A DNA stretch of 54,053 nt, counting the filler, from Sphacelaria rigidula (lineage: Eukaryota): NCBI GenBank assembly GCA_964200075.2. It is 4 parts of 4 records of this genome, joined end to end, with 100 filler letters (N's around TTAATTAATTAA, not from the genome) between each part and the next. Parts side by side here need not be neighbours in the genome. Positions count along the whole stretch, not along the records: positions 13,542 to 26,981 come from CAXNAA020002885.1; positions 27,082 to 40,518 come from CAXNAA020002886.1; 2 more parts are not named here. One strand, given 5' to 3'. Below are positions 25,483 to 38,295 of this stretch, piece after piece (position 1 is the first letter of the stretch; the number at the start of each line of letters is the position of its first letter). A model generated the notes under the pieces. It was not told the origin of the DNA, ran no database searches, and was given only the letters and a program-made list of their open reading frames with translations. The position numbers and the translations under genes were made by a program.

Positions 25483-25745
25483 GTGAGCCATGCTATACGG
25501 TAGGGATGCACTTTTTTCGCACGATCTTGTTTGGTTCAGGGTATCCTAACGATTCTAGATGCACAATAATATGGATCAGGGCATCCCCGCTTACACGGTT
25601 TATTCGGGATGTCCCTAGCATAGTGGAATAGTAATCCTGGCGTGCTCTCACATATTTCATAACTTGTGTTTCGGATGAGATGAAGGGCTCCTAACAATTC
25701 GAAGCTCAGAAAATATTTGTGCACCTCTACCGTAGCATCACTCAG
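25483..25745 (+). mobile_element. 263-bp TIR-bounded insertion with exact GT...AG ends (introner-like MITE) in gypsy B pol
   Basis: Left end GTGAGCCATGCTATACGGTAGGGATGCAC; right end GTGCACCTCTACCGTAGCATCACTCAG. Removal gives in-frame WTKGR|SQALAAAKGLMDHAVTLFHP. Confidence 0.8.
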
Positions 25746-26981
25746 ATCGCAGGCGTTGGCGGCAGCGAAGGGTCTGATGGATCACGCCGTGACGCTGTTC
25801 CATCCTCTCCCTGATCGTCAGGTGCTAATGTTTTCGGATGCATCTGAGTGTCATTGGGGTAGCTTCGTTACGCAGTTGCCTAAAGCGAAAATGCAAATAC
25901 ACCTGCCAGTTGAGGACATGACGCATGAACCGCTAGCTTTCCTCAGTAGTCATTTTAAGGGTTCGCAGTTGCGTTGGACCACAATTGATAAGGAAGGTTT
26001 TGCTATCGTAAGCACTTTTCGTCGTTTGGAGCATCTTTTGTGAGATGGCGTGCACATTTTCACCGATCACCGAAAGCTCGTGTATATTTTCAAACCGGAA
26101 GCGTGCGTGACATCTGTGTCGAAAGCATTGGCACAACGTTTGGAAGGTTGGAAAGCTGTTCTTGGCCAGTACCCTTACTTGATTTGCCATATTTCGGGTG
26201 ACCGTAACGCGTGGGGTGACTTGCTTTCGTGTTGGGTGAATATTCCGGCTTAGCCTGCGCGCGCTGTGGCTGTGTATGGTCCGTGTGAACCTGATGACTG
26301 GATGCCGTCCAAATCTGTTATCCGCCAAGCGCAACGGAAAGACTTGGGGCCGAAGATGCGGATGTGCAATCTTTTGAGTCGGACTCGGTACTTCTATCTT
26401 GGACAATGAAGGTCTGTTTCGTGTGCATGTGCGTGGCCGAAACGTTTTGTGGATTCCGAGGTCTGACAATCAGTTGCAGGTACGTCTGATGATTTGCGCG
26501 CACATGCGCGATGCTGGGCATCGTGGTGTGGCTGCGACGCTCGTGCGTTTGCAAGAGTTTCGTGTTTGGCAGGGGATAGAAAGTCATGTGCGCGGATTTT
26601 TCCGCCAGTGTCTGCACTGTGCTGACTCGAGGGCGGGCGATATTGTTCCCCGCCCGCTCGGCGAAACGGTCCATGGCGCCACGCCGAATGAAGTCGTTCA
26701 TTTTGACTTCTTGTACGTGGGCGAAAGTGGCCCGCTAGCTTCCCAAGGTTTGTCGGAGGATGCTGGGTTTCGATATATTTTGGTAATCATGGATGATTTG
26801 AGCAACTTTGTGGCTCTGGAACCAGTAAATAGGGAATTCTATAAAATGAGGTTGATTAATGAAATTAAGTTTGAGGAGGCTAGTCAGTATGCGACAAGAA
26901 CCCGAGGAAAGTACCGTCCGTAAGTGCCTTCGATCTATACCGGGGGGGGGGGGGTGTACTCATGATCATGCATAGATACCG

Positions 26982-27081
26982 NNNNNNNNNNNNNNNNNNN
27001 NNNNNNNNNNNNNNNNNNNNNNNNNTTAATTAATTAANNNNNNNNNNNNNNNNNNNNNNNNNNNNNNNNNNNNNNNNNNNN
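26982..27081. other. Artificial contig linker
   Basis: N44-TTAATTAATTAA-N44. Confidence 0.98.
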
Positions 27082-27274
27082 GGGTTGGGTGAGGGTTTGG
27101 GGGGCGGGAAGGGTGTTTGGGTTCCCCCCCCCCCCCCCCCCCGCCTGCGGGGTCAATGATCATATTAAGATCATGTGTACACCCCCCCCCCCCGCCCTTG
27201 AGCGGTCCAGAATAAGAGAGTGGGCACACTGGTGTAGAGAAAAATAATTCGTGCACCCTCAGAAAAACCCGAAT

Positions 27275-27350
27275 GTATCCGCCGGAAATAGAACCCGTAT
27301 TTCTGCTGACCCGAGCAATGGTTTCAGCTGTATCATTGGACCACCAGGTC
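27275..27350 (-). mobile_element. Degenerate tRNA-derived SINE head
   Basis: On the minus strand: A-box-like TGGTCCAATG and B-box-like GGTTCTATTTCC; no acceptor stem. Confidence 0.5.
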
Positions 27351-27899
27351 GCAGCGGTAACCATATCAACTATCTCAAGCCTCCAACTTTCTTCGCGGAA
27401 AAAAATGAGCCTGTTCAAGGGGTTGGTCGTCAGGGTTCTGCGGCGGATGTGATGGAAAAACAATCGGAAACAAAGTAGCAGTTTACGTCGAAACTGTCCG
27501 CGCTGAAGAGGGCTCCGGCCTCTCAGAGCCGAGGAAACGTTTTATGATGAGAGTGTTATGTAGATGGTTATAACTTCCGGAACGCCGGTCCTTTTTCTGT
27601 TCTGAGTTCCCGGATCGCTCCTTTTTGGCGAGTTTGCCGCCAACACTGCGAGCAGCCCCGCGTGCCTTGGGGTCTCGGTCAGCCTTTTTGACCTTGCGCC
27701 AGTCAGCCGCTGTCTCACGCATCGTGTGCAATACCAAGTCAGGGTTATGGGTCTACTTGCCCCGCATCTGCAGGGAGTAATCTACCGTCGACTTAAACTC
27801 ACGGGGAAGGGAGGGGAGGAGGGGGGCGTACTCATTTGTTGTTTACATTCCGGCGCTCATCTTAGGTTGTCATCCAAATGCAAGGTAATCAATAGGCTT

Positions 27900-27975
27900 C
27901 GGGGGGGGGGATAGTACTCATTCGTTGCTTGCCGTAGTGGTTTGACCGTTGACCACGCATCCCTTTCGAGACGAA
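27900..27975 (-). repeat. Short dispersed repeat R2 (also at ~29440-29505, ~38112-38175 and ~39128-39210 on +)
   Basis: Shared core GAAAGGGATGCGTGGTCAA.GGTCAAAC.ACTA.GGCAAGCAAC.AATGAGTAC followed by a C-rich tract. Confidence 0.85.
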
Positions 27976-28519
27976 GGGTGGGAAGCCCGTTGACTAAAGC
28001 TTCCGTGATGACCTGCGCAGGGCCCGGCAGCTATTCATCCGCGAGTTCCGAAAACGTGCTGACACATTCGGGTTTTTGGCTAGAGAGAACTCCAGCGCGC
28101 TGTGGAGTCCATCGACTCGTGCGGGCGCCAAACCACCATGCTGCATGGTGGCTGCCCGGGGCACGCTCAATGCGGCGAAAACAGGGTCAAGCTGGTTGTC
28201 TCCAGTATTCCCCGCATGTCGTGAGATACCTGCTCTGAGCTGCGTCTCCGACAAATCCCTACAGCCGGCAACATACTTACGAGCAAGGCACTTCCTCGTG
28301 TGTTTTGGCAGCAATTCTGATATACGTGGTCATTCCTTGCCGCGCCAACGCCTGCCTAGCTTTGCCGAGTTTCATGACGCGTTCGCATTCTTCATGTCGC
28401 AAAAAAAACGTCGTAACGCCGATTCTTCACATTGCAAATAGAAAGTGCTGTGTCCCACTATATTCCACATGACCACGGCTGGATCCCTGGGAGATAAATT
28501 CAAGTGCAACAATACTGCC

Positions 28520-28833
28520 GCACCACGGTGGTGTAATGGTTCGACTGTCGCCATTAGGGTGCAGAGAACGGGGGTTCGATTCCCGATGCGTTGAGTTTTT
28601 TCTTCGTAACGTATGATTTCCAATGTGGAACGCGTGAGAACGTGAGTGAACAAAGTAGTCGACTGGGTTTGTGTGACGTGAGTTGACGCGGTGCGGGAGT
28701 GGTGGTCATGATCCAATCCGCGAGACCAAAATGAAAAATGGGTACCGGAGGAGAGATGGGTTGATCCCTCGAGACCACAGACTGATCCCGACGAAGGGGA
28801 GGGGTTCAAAGTGTGAGAAAACAAAACAAAACA
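28520..28833 (+). mobile_element. tRNA-derived SINE
   Basis: A box TGGTGTAATGG (28529), B box GGTTCGATTCC (28573) and an (AAAAC)n tail at ~28817-28833; no proper acceptor stem. Confidence 0.7.
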
Positions 28834-29679
28834 AGTACTAAATCAGTTGTCCCACATAAACTAGTCGGCTGCGGATCTGTACGTGGTTGAAACATAGACG
28901 CGCACGAGGTAAATGAATTGTAGCACTCCCTAAACAAGACTCAAGACTTAAGGTTTGATCTAAATAGGTATCAGGAACTAAATCACGAAAAAACAATTAG
29001 TCCTTTGAATGCTCACGGTTTCTATTCCGAGATGATTCCGTGACATTCCAACGGTTTGTCTTCAGAGATGATTTCATTGGCGACGGTGAACGCTAAACGA
29101 ATATGGGCACTCAACAGGCGTGATGAAAAACTGAACAGCCATGTCCACAAAACGCGCAAGAGCGTTTTCGTACGGTCGAGGGAAGAGAGTGTGCATTCTC
29201 CACCTACATGGATTATTTTCTCTGCGTGTTCTGACATCTCCGTTCACGCATGACCACACGTACTGCCCACGCGATGACCTCTAGTGTTTCGAAAAGTACC
29301 GAGTCGACCATATGCTGCTGGTCTCAGCTTATGTTCGAATCACGATCTCCACGATGTGCTGCATATGCGTGGCAACACCCTTTTGTACAGGGACTGTTTC
29401 CACCAAAAACACAATACTCCTCCCATCCCCGCCACGCATGCGTCTCGAAAGGGATGCGTGGTCAATGACCGAACGACTAAGGCAAGCAACAAATGAATAC
29501 GCCCCCGCCACGCATGATCATGAGGACCCCCACCCACCCCCACTTTTTTTTCGCTAGCGTTTTTCTTTAGGTAACCTGGGTCAGTTGAGGTGCGACAATC
29601 AATCAACCAGCCAACCAATCGGTCAACCATGATGGTGGTCGAACTAGACCATATTGTGCGAGGTGGAAATCCCGAACTC

Positions 29680-29985
29680 CGCGCAAAGGAGATGATCGTA
29701 CTGCGTAGTGTCTACACGGCGAGACACCCATGAGGCAGTGTGTAACCCATGGCTGTCCCTGCAAGTTGCGATGATAGAAAATGAAGTAACTCATTCGAGG
29801 CTGTCATCCAAATGCAAGATCATCGGTAAGCTTCGGATCGAAAAATCTTAGCAGGATGCAGCTCACCCTTCATGCGACTCGCCGAACACATCACGGCGCT
29901 TCGCGCTTTGGTGATTGAGTGTGAGCCTGGTCCGGCGAAAGTTCGGTATTCTCCGTTCCGGCTTTGTAGGGATGCGAGGTCGACG
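29680..29985 (+). repeat. Dispersed repeat R3, copy 1 (copy 2 at 40183-40441)
   Basis: Near-identical block GCGACTCGCCGAACACATCACGGCGCTTCGCGCTT.GGTGATTGA in both copies, with flanking similarity. Confidence 0.85.
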
Positions 29986-30121
29986 GTCTTATGACTATGG
30001 CATGCATGATCAAATGTACTCCCCTCCCTGCCCCCCCTAGATACCCGTTATGCTGGCGTTCAAGTAGGGCTCTAGGCCCTTCACCGGTTACTGTACATTG
30101 TACATGGCGCATCCACCTCAC

Positions 30122-33100
30122 CTGAGCTGCTCGTCGCTGCTTCTGCTGCGCTACTTTGGCTTCTCTCGCTATTCTCCGTCTTTTATCTCGAGCCAGCGCC
30201 TGTCTACCTTTTCCTCTGGTCGAGCCCGCGAGGACCTCATCTTTGCGCCTCGTCGCTTCCGCCGGCTCCAAATCTTGGTCGTTCCTGCTTGCTGTATCAT
30301 CGTACAGCCGGTGTGGGGAGAATTTTGAAGAGCAAAACAGATTTTCGGGAAAACGCAACGACGGGGAGTCAAAAGTGATGCTCACGAACCTGTGTCTCGA
30401 TTCATTTGATTGAATAATTGATTGATGTATTGATGGATTGATGCGCTGGTTCGCTGGTTCCTTGATCTCTTTGTTGTCGTACATCAGCTGATCCCGGAGG
30501 AGCCCAACCATGGTTATTGGACAGATGTGCTCATGGTTAAAATAAGGAAAATGCGCGCTGAAAAAAACTCGAGAAAGTCGGTGTATGGAGGGAGAAGGAT
30601 AGAAGAAGCAGGGTAATCCGTGGGAGCGATAGGCATAAAAATACAAGAATAAGGGGAAGGGAAGGCGAAAAAGAGAGGAGAAGAAGCAAGGAAAAACGCC
30701 AAAGTAGCTTGCTTTATAGAATTTGTTGACGCGAAAAATACAAGGACAGCACGCCTCACGCTCAGGCGACGAAGCCAAATCCGAGATTCCCGTGAGACCT
30801 TGTTGCGGAGCTGAGTGGACTCTTGCGTGACGCTTAATCGCCGCCCGGTGGCCTGTTTTGCTGAACCCCCTTTGGGGCTGGAGACCACGAGTCGCCGCGG
30901 TGCACGCGGTGGACAAGACTGCCTTGAAGAACAAACGTGCAGACGTTGCCGTTGCCCGATCAAGGTACCACGTTGAGGCTGTTCCGAAGATGCTTTCGCA
31001 TCTATATATTTTGCGGATAACTATTGAGAGGAAGCGAAAGCAACACACGTTATACCCCCAAATGCTCTTGAGATTCAACGCTACCAGCCACTTGCGACTC
31101 TTGTGATATTCCCAGGAAGGACAAGCTGAGGAGGGAAAAAGTAGGGAGTGGGCGGAGCATTGAGGCGGCCTTGTCTCATTTCAACGCCCGCCGTACCTGG
31201 TTCCTCTTCCAGCGTGGTGATCAATTCCGACGGGGGTCCGTATGGTCCAAATCCAACGGCGTTCACCGCTGCCACCTTCGCGGAAGCAGATCGCAGGTTA
31301 CCGGACAGCAGTTTATGGCGTGACGTAAGTGGTTGTAAGGAGGAAGTCTCGGCAAGACGCTTGAGCCCCCTGGCAAATCGTCATCGATCATTGGGTGGGA
31401 TGGTACACACGAGGCGCCGATAAGGTCATGCATGCGGCGTGGTGCGACTTCAGGTATTATCGCCACGAACACTGCCCGAGCGCGAGAGAGCGTGCATGCA
31501 GTGACTTTGATGACGTCGAGTATGTGTTTTTGCGTCTGGCTCACTTGTCAGGACTTCCTCCTATAGTACCGTGACCTGTTTTTGCAACGATTCGAAAGTT
31601 TCAGTCGCGCTAACGCCACTTCAAGCATGGCATTGAACCACTGTTAAATCATGGCAAAAAAAACGTATTCACCAGCTTTTCCGTGATCATTGCTACTCCT
31701 TTCCACGCTGTCGCCGTACCTATGTTGGTTTTCAAGCCTTATAGAGTCGTAACATGGCCTGATTTTATCGTCTTAAGTCACCGATGCTTCAGCAAAAACG
31801 AGCTGGATCTCAACCTCGCACCTGAACGGTGTAGCGGCAGCCTGGTTTCAGGCCGCGAACCGGAACTACGATGTTCCCGTTGCAGCCAGATCTTTGCATC
31901 CTGCCATTGGGGACAAGGATCAACTCTGTCAGTTGCCCCGACGCCTTCTTGCCGTGGTCGACGTTGGCACTGGTCCGTTGTGGAGCGGTGGTAGAAGCAG
32001 CTTTGCGTGTCTCCTTTGAAGAGTGTTTAGTCGGCGTTGCCTTCTGCGTAGACCTCGGTGAAATCCGGTTGTTGTGTAGCTGCACCCTGACCTTGTACCG
32101 CGATATGGGGAGCTCTCCGCTAGCCGATGAAAAAGAAGAAAACGCCACCTGTGTATGTGGAGAGAGGAAGAAGAGATAGGGGCTGTGTATTGTACTTCGA
32201 TCATGGGATGGAGGTCGACTACTACCTGAGGTAGGCCGCTTTCACCGCTGCAGTCGACCAGCAAGCCTGACATCACTAGCCAGTTGACGTTAGCATGAGC
32301 TACATCAGGTAGGCTAGAAGCGCGGAACGGGATAAACTCATGTTCATTTGTTTTGGGGGGTGTCACACGCGGAGGGTTTTGAGGATACACACCTCAACCG
32401 TGGCGATTTCGAAATGAATCATATCGCTAGGTGCGTTGTTCAGTGTCCCCTCACACGCACTGCAGCCCATGCCCAAGACCTTTGCACCACAACTCTTGAG
32501 ATACGATGAGGAGCTGTCGTCTTTCCTTCCCGATTTTGATTTTCCCACCTGAAACGAAGATGTTCTGACCCTAGAAGCCACCGCGACACAGTCCGGCGCT
32601 AATGGAACCTTGAAGCCTCCTTTCTTTGCGATCAGATCCAGGATCTCAGGGTAGTCTTGTCCGACGTCCGCAGTGCACAAGCCGTTTTCGCTGTCGCAAG
32701 CTGCGGGATCAGCACCCTTAGCTCACAAACAAGACAGTGGGCCGGTTGGCGTGGAATGAATAGCACGCGAAGGGTGAGAACAGACGGGAGGCGGGATGCA
32801 TTCTACGCTCTCGGCACGCTTTCATATATTTCTTGAGCATCTACAATCGCGGTGACACCTTGCACACAAGTCGTGCGTGCTCTGGACGATGACATGGACA
32901 TCAAGCAAAAAATGGAGGCCAATGTAGAGAAGCCCCTTCTCTCTCGTTCTGCTTCTGCTCCATCGCGAATGTTGTGAGTCTTCACGCATGGTGCACACAT
33001 CAGCTGGCCGGCAGAAGAACTATACGCTTCTCACCAGATCAAGCAAAAATTGAACAACGTCCAATTTCCCCGCTTGAGCCGCGAGAAACAGGGCCGACAC

Positions 33101-35244
33101 CCCATTTTCGCCGGCGGCCAAAGAGCGCGCGCCCGCCGCGTGGAGCGCCTCGCACACGTCCAGAAATCCCCCATACGCGGCGTAATGCATCGGTCGATAG
33201 CCTGTGCCGAACTCTGAAACATCGGCGGCATTCGCTAGGGCCGGGTCGTGCTCCAGGAAACTCTTGAAATGTTTGAAGAGCGCGGTGGGGTGCGGCGAGG
33301 GTAAACAGGCTGTACAATCGTTTGTTTTTCGCCTTTTCGCATACGTGATAGCTCATTGATCATGCAGACTTCATATAGTTTGATGCTGCTTGTACAGGGA
33401 TCGTGAATGCGAAAACACCAGCACCTGTGAGTTACGCCAAGTTTACGCTTATCTCTCCTGCATATTCGTGATACACGGCTGCTGCCGTACGGAGCTTCAC
33501 CTCCAAGGATGACATGGGCGTCATACCGTCGCCCCTCAGCGGCTCACATGCAACGGAGCATTGACCGAAACAGAATCCGGCAAGAGAATATATACCTTGA
33601 CCAGCGCGAGGTCGCCCCTCCACGCCGCGGTATGAATGTCCGTGCCCGCTCGTCGTCGCCCCTGCCTAGCATCGGCCGTAAGATTTGGCACAGACGATGC
33701 TGGCGCAGGAACTTCGTCGCGGCCATCACGCCCGCTGTCAGTACCGTCACGGAGGTTGTGGTAGCGCTTGTCGTTGGTGTGCTTGTCCGGCTTTGTGCCG
33801 GTTGTCTTCTCGACCCACCAGCGGACAAACTGTATGCGGTAGAAATCAATATCACGATGGGTTCAACGACCAAATCAATCTACAAGTAATTGGTGCTATG
33901 ACGCGATCATTTTCGCGTGTCTACTGGGTTAAGTGGATAAATTACGGTAGTATAGAAGTGACTCAGTCGCTCCTGGAGAACGAATGCCGTGACAGCGCTA
34001 ACCGTGCGCTACGCCTACATTGACGAAATACCTTGGCCTTTGCCCACACATCATGATCCCATCGCGTCAAGTCTTGCACTAGTCACCTGCTCACGTTCAA
34101 CCACGTCGCCATCGGCAATAAGACCTAGGTTTTTGGTAGTGTCTCCGTCCAACCTCTCGTCATCGTTTGCTACACCGTCACCCGATATTGATCCCAACCC
34201 GAGCCGTTGGCACAAGGTCAAAATCTCCGATTGGTCTAGAGTCGCGTCATCGCCGCCATCACCCTTATTTTCGCAAACGCTGTTGAAGGCGTTTCGCGCG
34301 GCGACCTGATGGTCCAGCAAGAATGAAGCCAATGGATAAAAGAGAGTTCGGGGGTGTAGAGACGCTGAAATGCGGTAAGGGTCGCACCCAAAAGCGTGCT
34401 GACTGAACCTCGAAGAGGTACATGGTTCTAATGGACGCCCCTTCTCACCTCTTGCTGTTTCTCTGGCGTAGCATTCTCTTCGCTTCGCTTGACCCACCAT
34501 CGGATCCACTTTTCACGGTCCAGAACGCCATCACCCTCTGCGTCCAGCTAGATGTGAGGCACCCGGAGAGTGGATAGTAACGCGAATAGGTTCACATCAG
34601 GTTGCGGCAACGACTAACGAAATATGTTTATCGCGATGGACAACGTTTCAACGAAAGTTTCATCCTGGTTGCATGTTCTGCTTTCGTTGTCCCGTGAAGG
34701 AAAATTCCAGATTTCAGTATCTGACATACACCGTCGGTGAACGGTAGCCTTTGCTTTTTGTATAGTCACAACATCGCCTAAATGGGGACGTACCGCAGAA
34801 TAAGCTCCATATTATCGACGCAGTATTTTCGGAGATCCCCGAAGATTTCAGACATTGAGGGCTCTTAAAAGCTTGCGAGTGCTATGGCGTACACACAGGG
34901 CAGCTATTCCAAGAACTAGGTTGCAGTCCTAAAGTCAGGCTTGTCCAAAAACGAAGATTTGGAGAAAAAATAGAGCCGCTTCAATGTTACCAAAGCCCGA
35001 ATGGTGAACAAGTCTGACATGTCCCAAAATTCGGAGGTCTCCGAAAAAACGTCGACAATAATGGTCCTAACAATGCAGCGAACTTCACCTCGTGCTGTAC
35101 AGCACGCGCAACTACTTCTCCCCTCTCTCTTACCGCTGCTACGACGTCATCGATTTCCTCCGATGCCGATAGCGGAAGGCCCAGCACCTGGATCAAGCCC
35201 TCCAGGTCGTCGAAGTTTACGTATCCATTGCCGCCCTCGTCTAT
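30122..35244 (-). CDS. Multi-exon EF-hand + ankyrin repeat + FN3 protein (partial). Exons 35244-35089, 34547-34449, 34305-34087, 33829-33596, 33262-33035, 32716-32549, 32148-31822, 31275-31197, 30291-30122
   Basis: All exons are bounded by AG/GT with consistent phases. EF-hands IDEGGNGYVNFDDL and LDAEGDGVLDREKWIRWW; ankyrin repeats IHTAAWRGDLALVK, PMHYAAYGGFLDVC and SALFLAAQAGKLDVVQFLL; FN3 GLKPGCRYTVQ|VAAVNAVGFGPYGPPS. The 5' and 3' exons are not resolved and the last listed exon is less certain. Confidence 0.85.
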
Positions 35245-35304
35245 CTGGTTACCAACGGATGAACAGACAACGAACGTGGCCCGTGTCTTGATATTAAAGC
35301 GCCC

Positions 35305-35625
35305 GTGATCATCCAAACATCACGTAACCACAACGCTCTACTTGTTGCTGACTGCACGTCGCACCTCTCTCCTGTTGTCATGCTGTCAGCCCCCACATTG
35401 ATCATCTGACGTGCTGCGACTGCGGGGTACGCTGTAACGGTTCTGTGTTCAACCATAATCGGTTGTTTTCTTGTGATCATCGAAACATCACTCAACCACT
35501 TCGTTCTACTTGGTGCTGACTGCACGTTGCACCTCGCTTCTGTTATCATGCTGTCAGCCCCCAAATCGGTCGTTTTGACGTGCGGTGACTGCGGAGTACC
35601 CTGTAACGTTATATGTTCAACCGGC
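35305..35625. repeat. Tandem duplication, ~168-bp unit x2
   Basis: GTGATCATC.AAACATCAC..AACCAC...CTACTTG.TGCTGACTGCACGT.GCACCTC...CATGCTGTCAGCCCCCA occurs at 35305 and 35473. Confidence 0.85.
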
Positions 35626-37100
35626 AGTTGTTTTTGCGACGATCTACAATTATTACTGATGGCAGTTCGGAGAAGCGACAAGAACACACGTGACAAGCAC
35701 GTGAACGTATCCAGGTTTTCCATTGGACTTCACATCGACACGCGAAGCGTTCGCTCCTTGCCTATCGGCCAGCCAGATCTCACGAAGTCATCGAGGCCTC
35801 CACAACATGATGGTGGTACACGTACAGCGTATCTCTGATGGTACTCAAATTTGTTGTGACACAATTGTCTAGATCAGATACCGTAGACCCTTACATTATC
35901 GAACGCGTTGGCCGCGGCTGATGCTTGCTGCTCTATAGCACCGTTCGGAGGCATTGTCTATCTAGTCGCACTTCTCCTGTTGATGTTAGCATTCGCCCCC
36001 CCAAGTCGAGGTCAAGCAGCACAGCATAAACCTGCCCTTGTCGTCCCCCAATGATGACACCCGAGATCTTTAGTGTGTGACAAGATTTGGGCCATGATGA
36101 CATCGGACAAAGATATTGAGGGGAATTCTACGACGCCTCGAAAAAATGAAACCCCGCGGACGTACGTGGAATACTGCAATTGAGTATACAATCGAGGTGA
36201 AAAACACCGACACCCGCTTTGCCTGTGGTCCCACGCACACATACCGCGGAACACAGGCGGCACGGGACCCAGCTTGCAAGAGCGATATACTGCTCTTGGC
36301 CAGGGATTCAAACTAGCGCCTTGGATCAAACCAGAAGGCACTCGTGACAAAGGTTGAATTGTGCCAACAAAAAGCTGCGAGGGTGGTGTATACAGACGGG
36401 AGCGCAGGAGTTTAGATGGGGAGATTACAGACGGTGCTGTGTGTGGGGGTGCTGTGCCTGGCTACCCCTCCAGGCGCATCTGCCCAGCGTGGTGACGGGT
36501 GGGTGGCTACACGGTAGCTTTTGAATTGCCGTGACTTTTGAGTCGGCCATATGTCGTCGATTTCTCCCTACGGTACAGTCTCGGTTTTTTGTGTCAGGAG
36601 AGCTTACAACACTGCACCACAGTTTGTCGTGTTTTTGAGGCTGGGTCGAAATGGTCTTGACAGACGGTGGCAATTGGAGGGAGCGACACGTAGCGGTGGG
36701 ATATTGTCTGTACATACCTTGTATGCATACCCGCGGATCATTTGCAGCTGCGCTAATCGTATCCGTGTGTCTGCTTTATGCATTCTAGCACACAAGTTCA
36801 GCAGAAGTCCTCTTCCACGGTGACCGCCCTTGTGCTTTAGACGATGCGTACATAATAGCCAGGTCTGCCGTGCAACCACACCCCCTTATCACAGCTGGCG
36901 TTTATGGGGGTATATTACATGACTGCAACAATGTAACATGAGCCTCCCCAATCTTTTTCTATGTCCGTCATTAGGTAAGCAGTCAAGAACAGTCGAGCTA
37001 CCGGTTCTCGTTGAACCTGATGCGAACATCTCCTCATGCCGGAGAGAACATTACATACAACAATACCGCAAAAACACGGCATCCGGTACCAGCACAAGCT

Positions 37101-37101
<1 letters not shown>

Positions 37102-37145
<44 letters not shown>
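37102..37145. repeat. Poly-C homopolymer
   Basis: About 44 consecutive C. Confidence 0.95.
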
Positions 37146-37989
37146 ATCCCCTACAGTTACCCCTCCGAGGAAAGGTCATCTGAGTATCTACAGTACAACA
37201 GTCGCGTCCGCTTCATCTTTGCTCTACAGCCCGTACAGTCAGAGCAGTACGAAACAGTACCATACAGCTCGAGGGTGTATGCTGGGCGGCCGTTGCGTGC
37301 ATGGTCCGCTTCGCTGTCGTTTTCATGCATTTCTCCTGGGTTGTTCGGCACTAGCCCTACGAACGAAGTAGGTTTGCGGCGGGGAGGGAAGTGATCCTGT
37401 ATTTGCTGTTGAAGCGTACAAGAGAGTTTTTTCGTAACCTGAGGCACGGCTTCGTATGTGCCATGACCCATAACCCGATCAGTCATGTTTTCCGATTCTC
37501 GCGCCTCGCGCATCACCAGCTGTCCCGCCCGTGCTGGCGATACTGCCTGTCCTGTACTGCCGTGTACTGTAGTTGCTGATAGTGCGATTGCAATACTGTA
37601 CTACTGCATCCTAGGAGCTTTTTCCTGTTCGTTTGCCAGTCAACGTACCATTCTAGTTCGGAGCGATCACGTGTGCAGTTCGTACGATAGGCCTCGAGTA
37701 TCACGGGAAGGCCGCGCTACTAACAGTACTCTGCACCACATGAAACCATATACTTCGTGTCGAGTAAGTCTTACTTGGCAAAAACCACTGCGAGGTAAGT
37801 AAGCAAGGAGTGAGAAAACGACTTCAGAAGTGGGTGCAGGGTCCGCCTCGGCATCTCGACGACGCCTCTTCGAGTAGGTTGTGTTACTGTTGTCGGGCAT
37901 CATCCATGATTTCAATCTTGGTCCCTGTGCCCTTGTACGGCATCTGTTATCGTCATCATCTACGGTATCCTGAGGGTACCCACACTCAA

Positions 37990-38295
37990 CCCCCCTCCCC
38001 CCCCATCCCTTTAGACCTCGCCCATTATGAGCATGTCCAAAAGTCTAGTGGGGAGGTCTACAGTCGGAGTTGCCCCTGGCCTGAGCATATTGCAAATTGT
38101 ATTTGCTCCGTCCCGAAAGGGATGCCTGGTGGATGGTCAAACGACCAAGGCAAGCAACCGATGAGTACGCCTCCCCCTCCAATCCCCCCCTCTCTGCAGG
38201 CCTTGCCCATTATGAGCATGTCCAAAAATCGAATGGGTAGGTCTACAGTCGGAAGTGCCCTTTGCCCCTTGCCTGCGCATATTGCCATTTGTACT
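37990..38295. repeat. Tandem duplication (~185-bp spacing) flanking an R2 copy
   Basis: GCCCATTATGAGCATGTCCAAAA...GGTCTACAGTCGGA...GCATATTGC occurs twice. Confidence 0.8.

Larger units (their letters stand above)
22163..26825 (+). mobile_element. Degenerate Ty3/gypsy element B (5' LTR, gag, protease, RT, RNase H, integrase N-half), 3'-truncated
   Basis: gag from ~22498 with zinc knuckle CYRCGQVGHYARDCP; protease-like VLDFGAHF; RT (WFSPAMAVPK, VSDYKAVN, PQGVLNA, IWVDD); RNase H (FSDASE, IDKEGFAI, FTDHRKL, NAWGDLLS); integrase H..H/C..C and VVHFDF. Contains stops and frameshifts. Confidence 0.95.

Noticed and set aside
28520-28592. Possible tRNA gene
   Set aside because: A and B boxes are present, but the acceptor and anticodon stems do not pair and a body with an (AAAAC)n tail follows; it is a SINE head.
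29891-31078. 395-aa ORF as a single gene
   Set aside because: It runs through T-rich and (ATCA)n repeat sequence; only 30122-30291 looks like an exon.
33544-33873. 109-aa ORF as the exon frame
   Set aside because: A different frame (33829-33596) gives FVRWW and an ankyrin motif with correct splice phases.
36938-37394. Polyproline ORFs
   Set aside because: They arise from a poly-C run that reads as Pro in all three frames.
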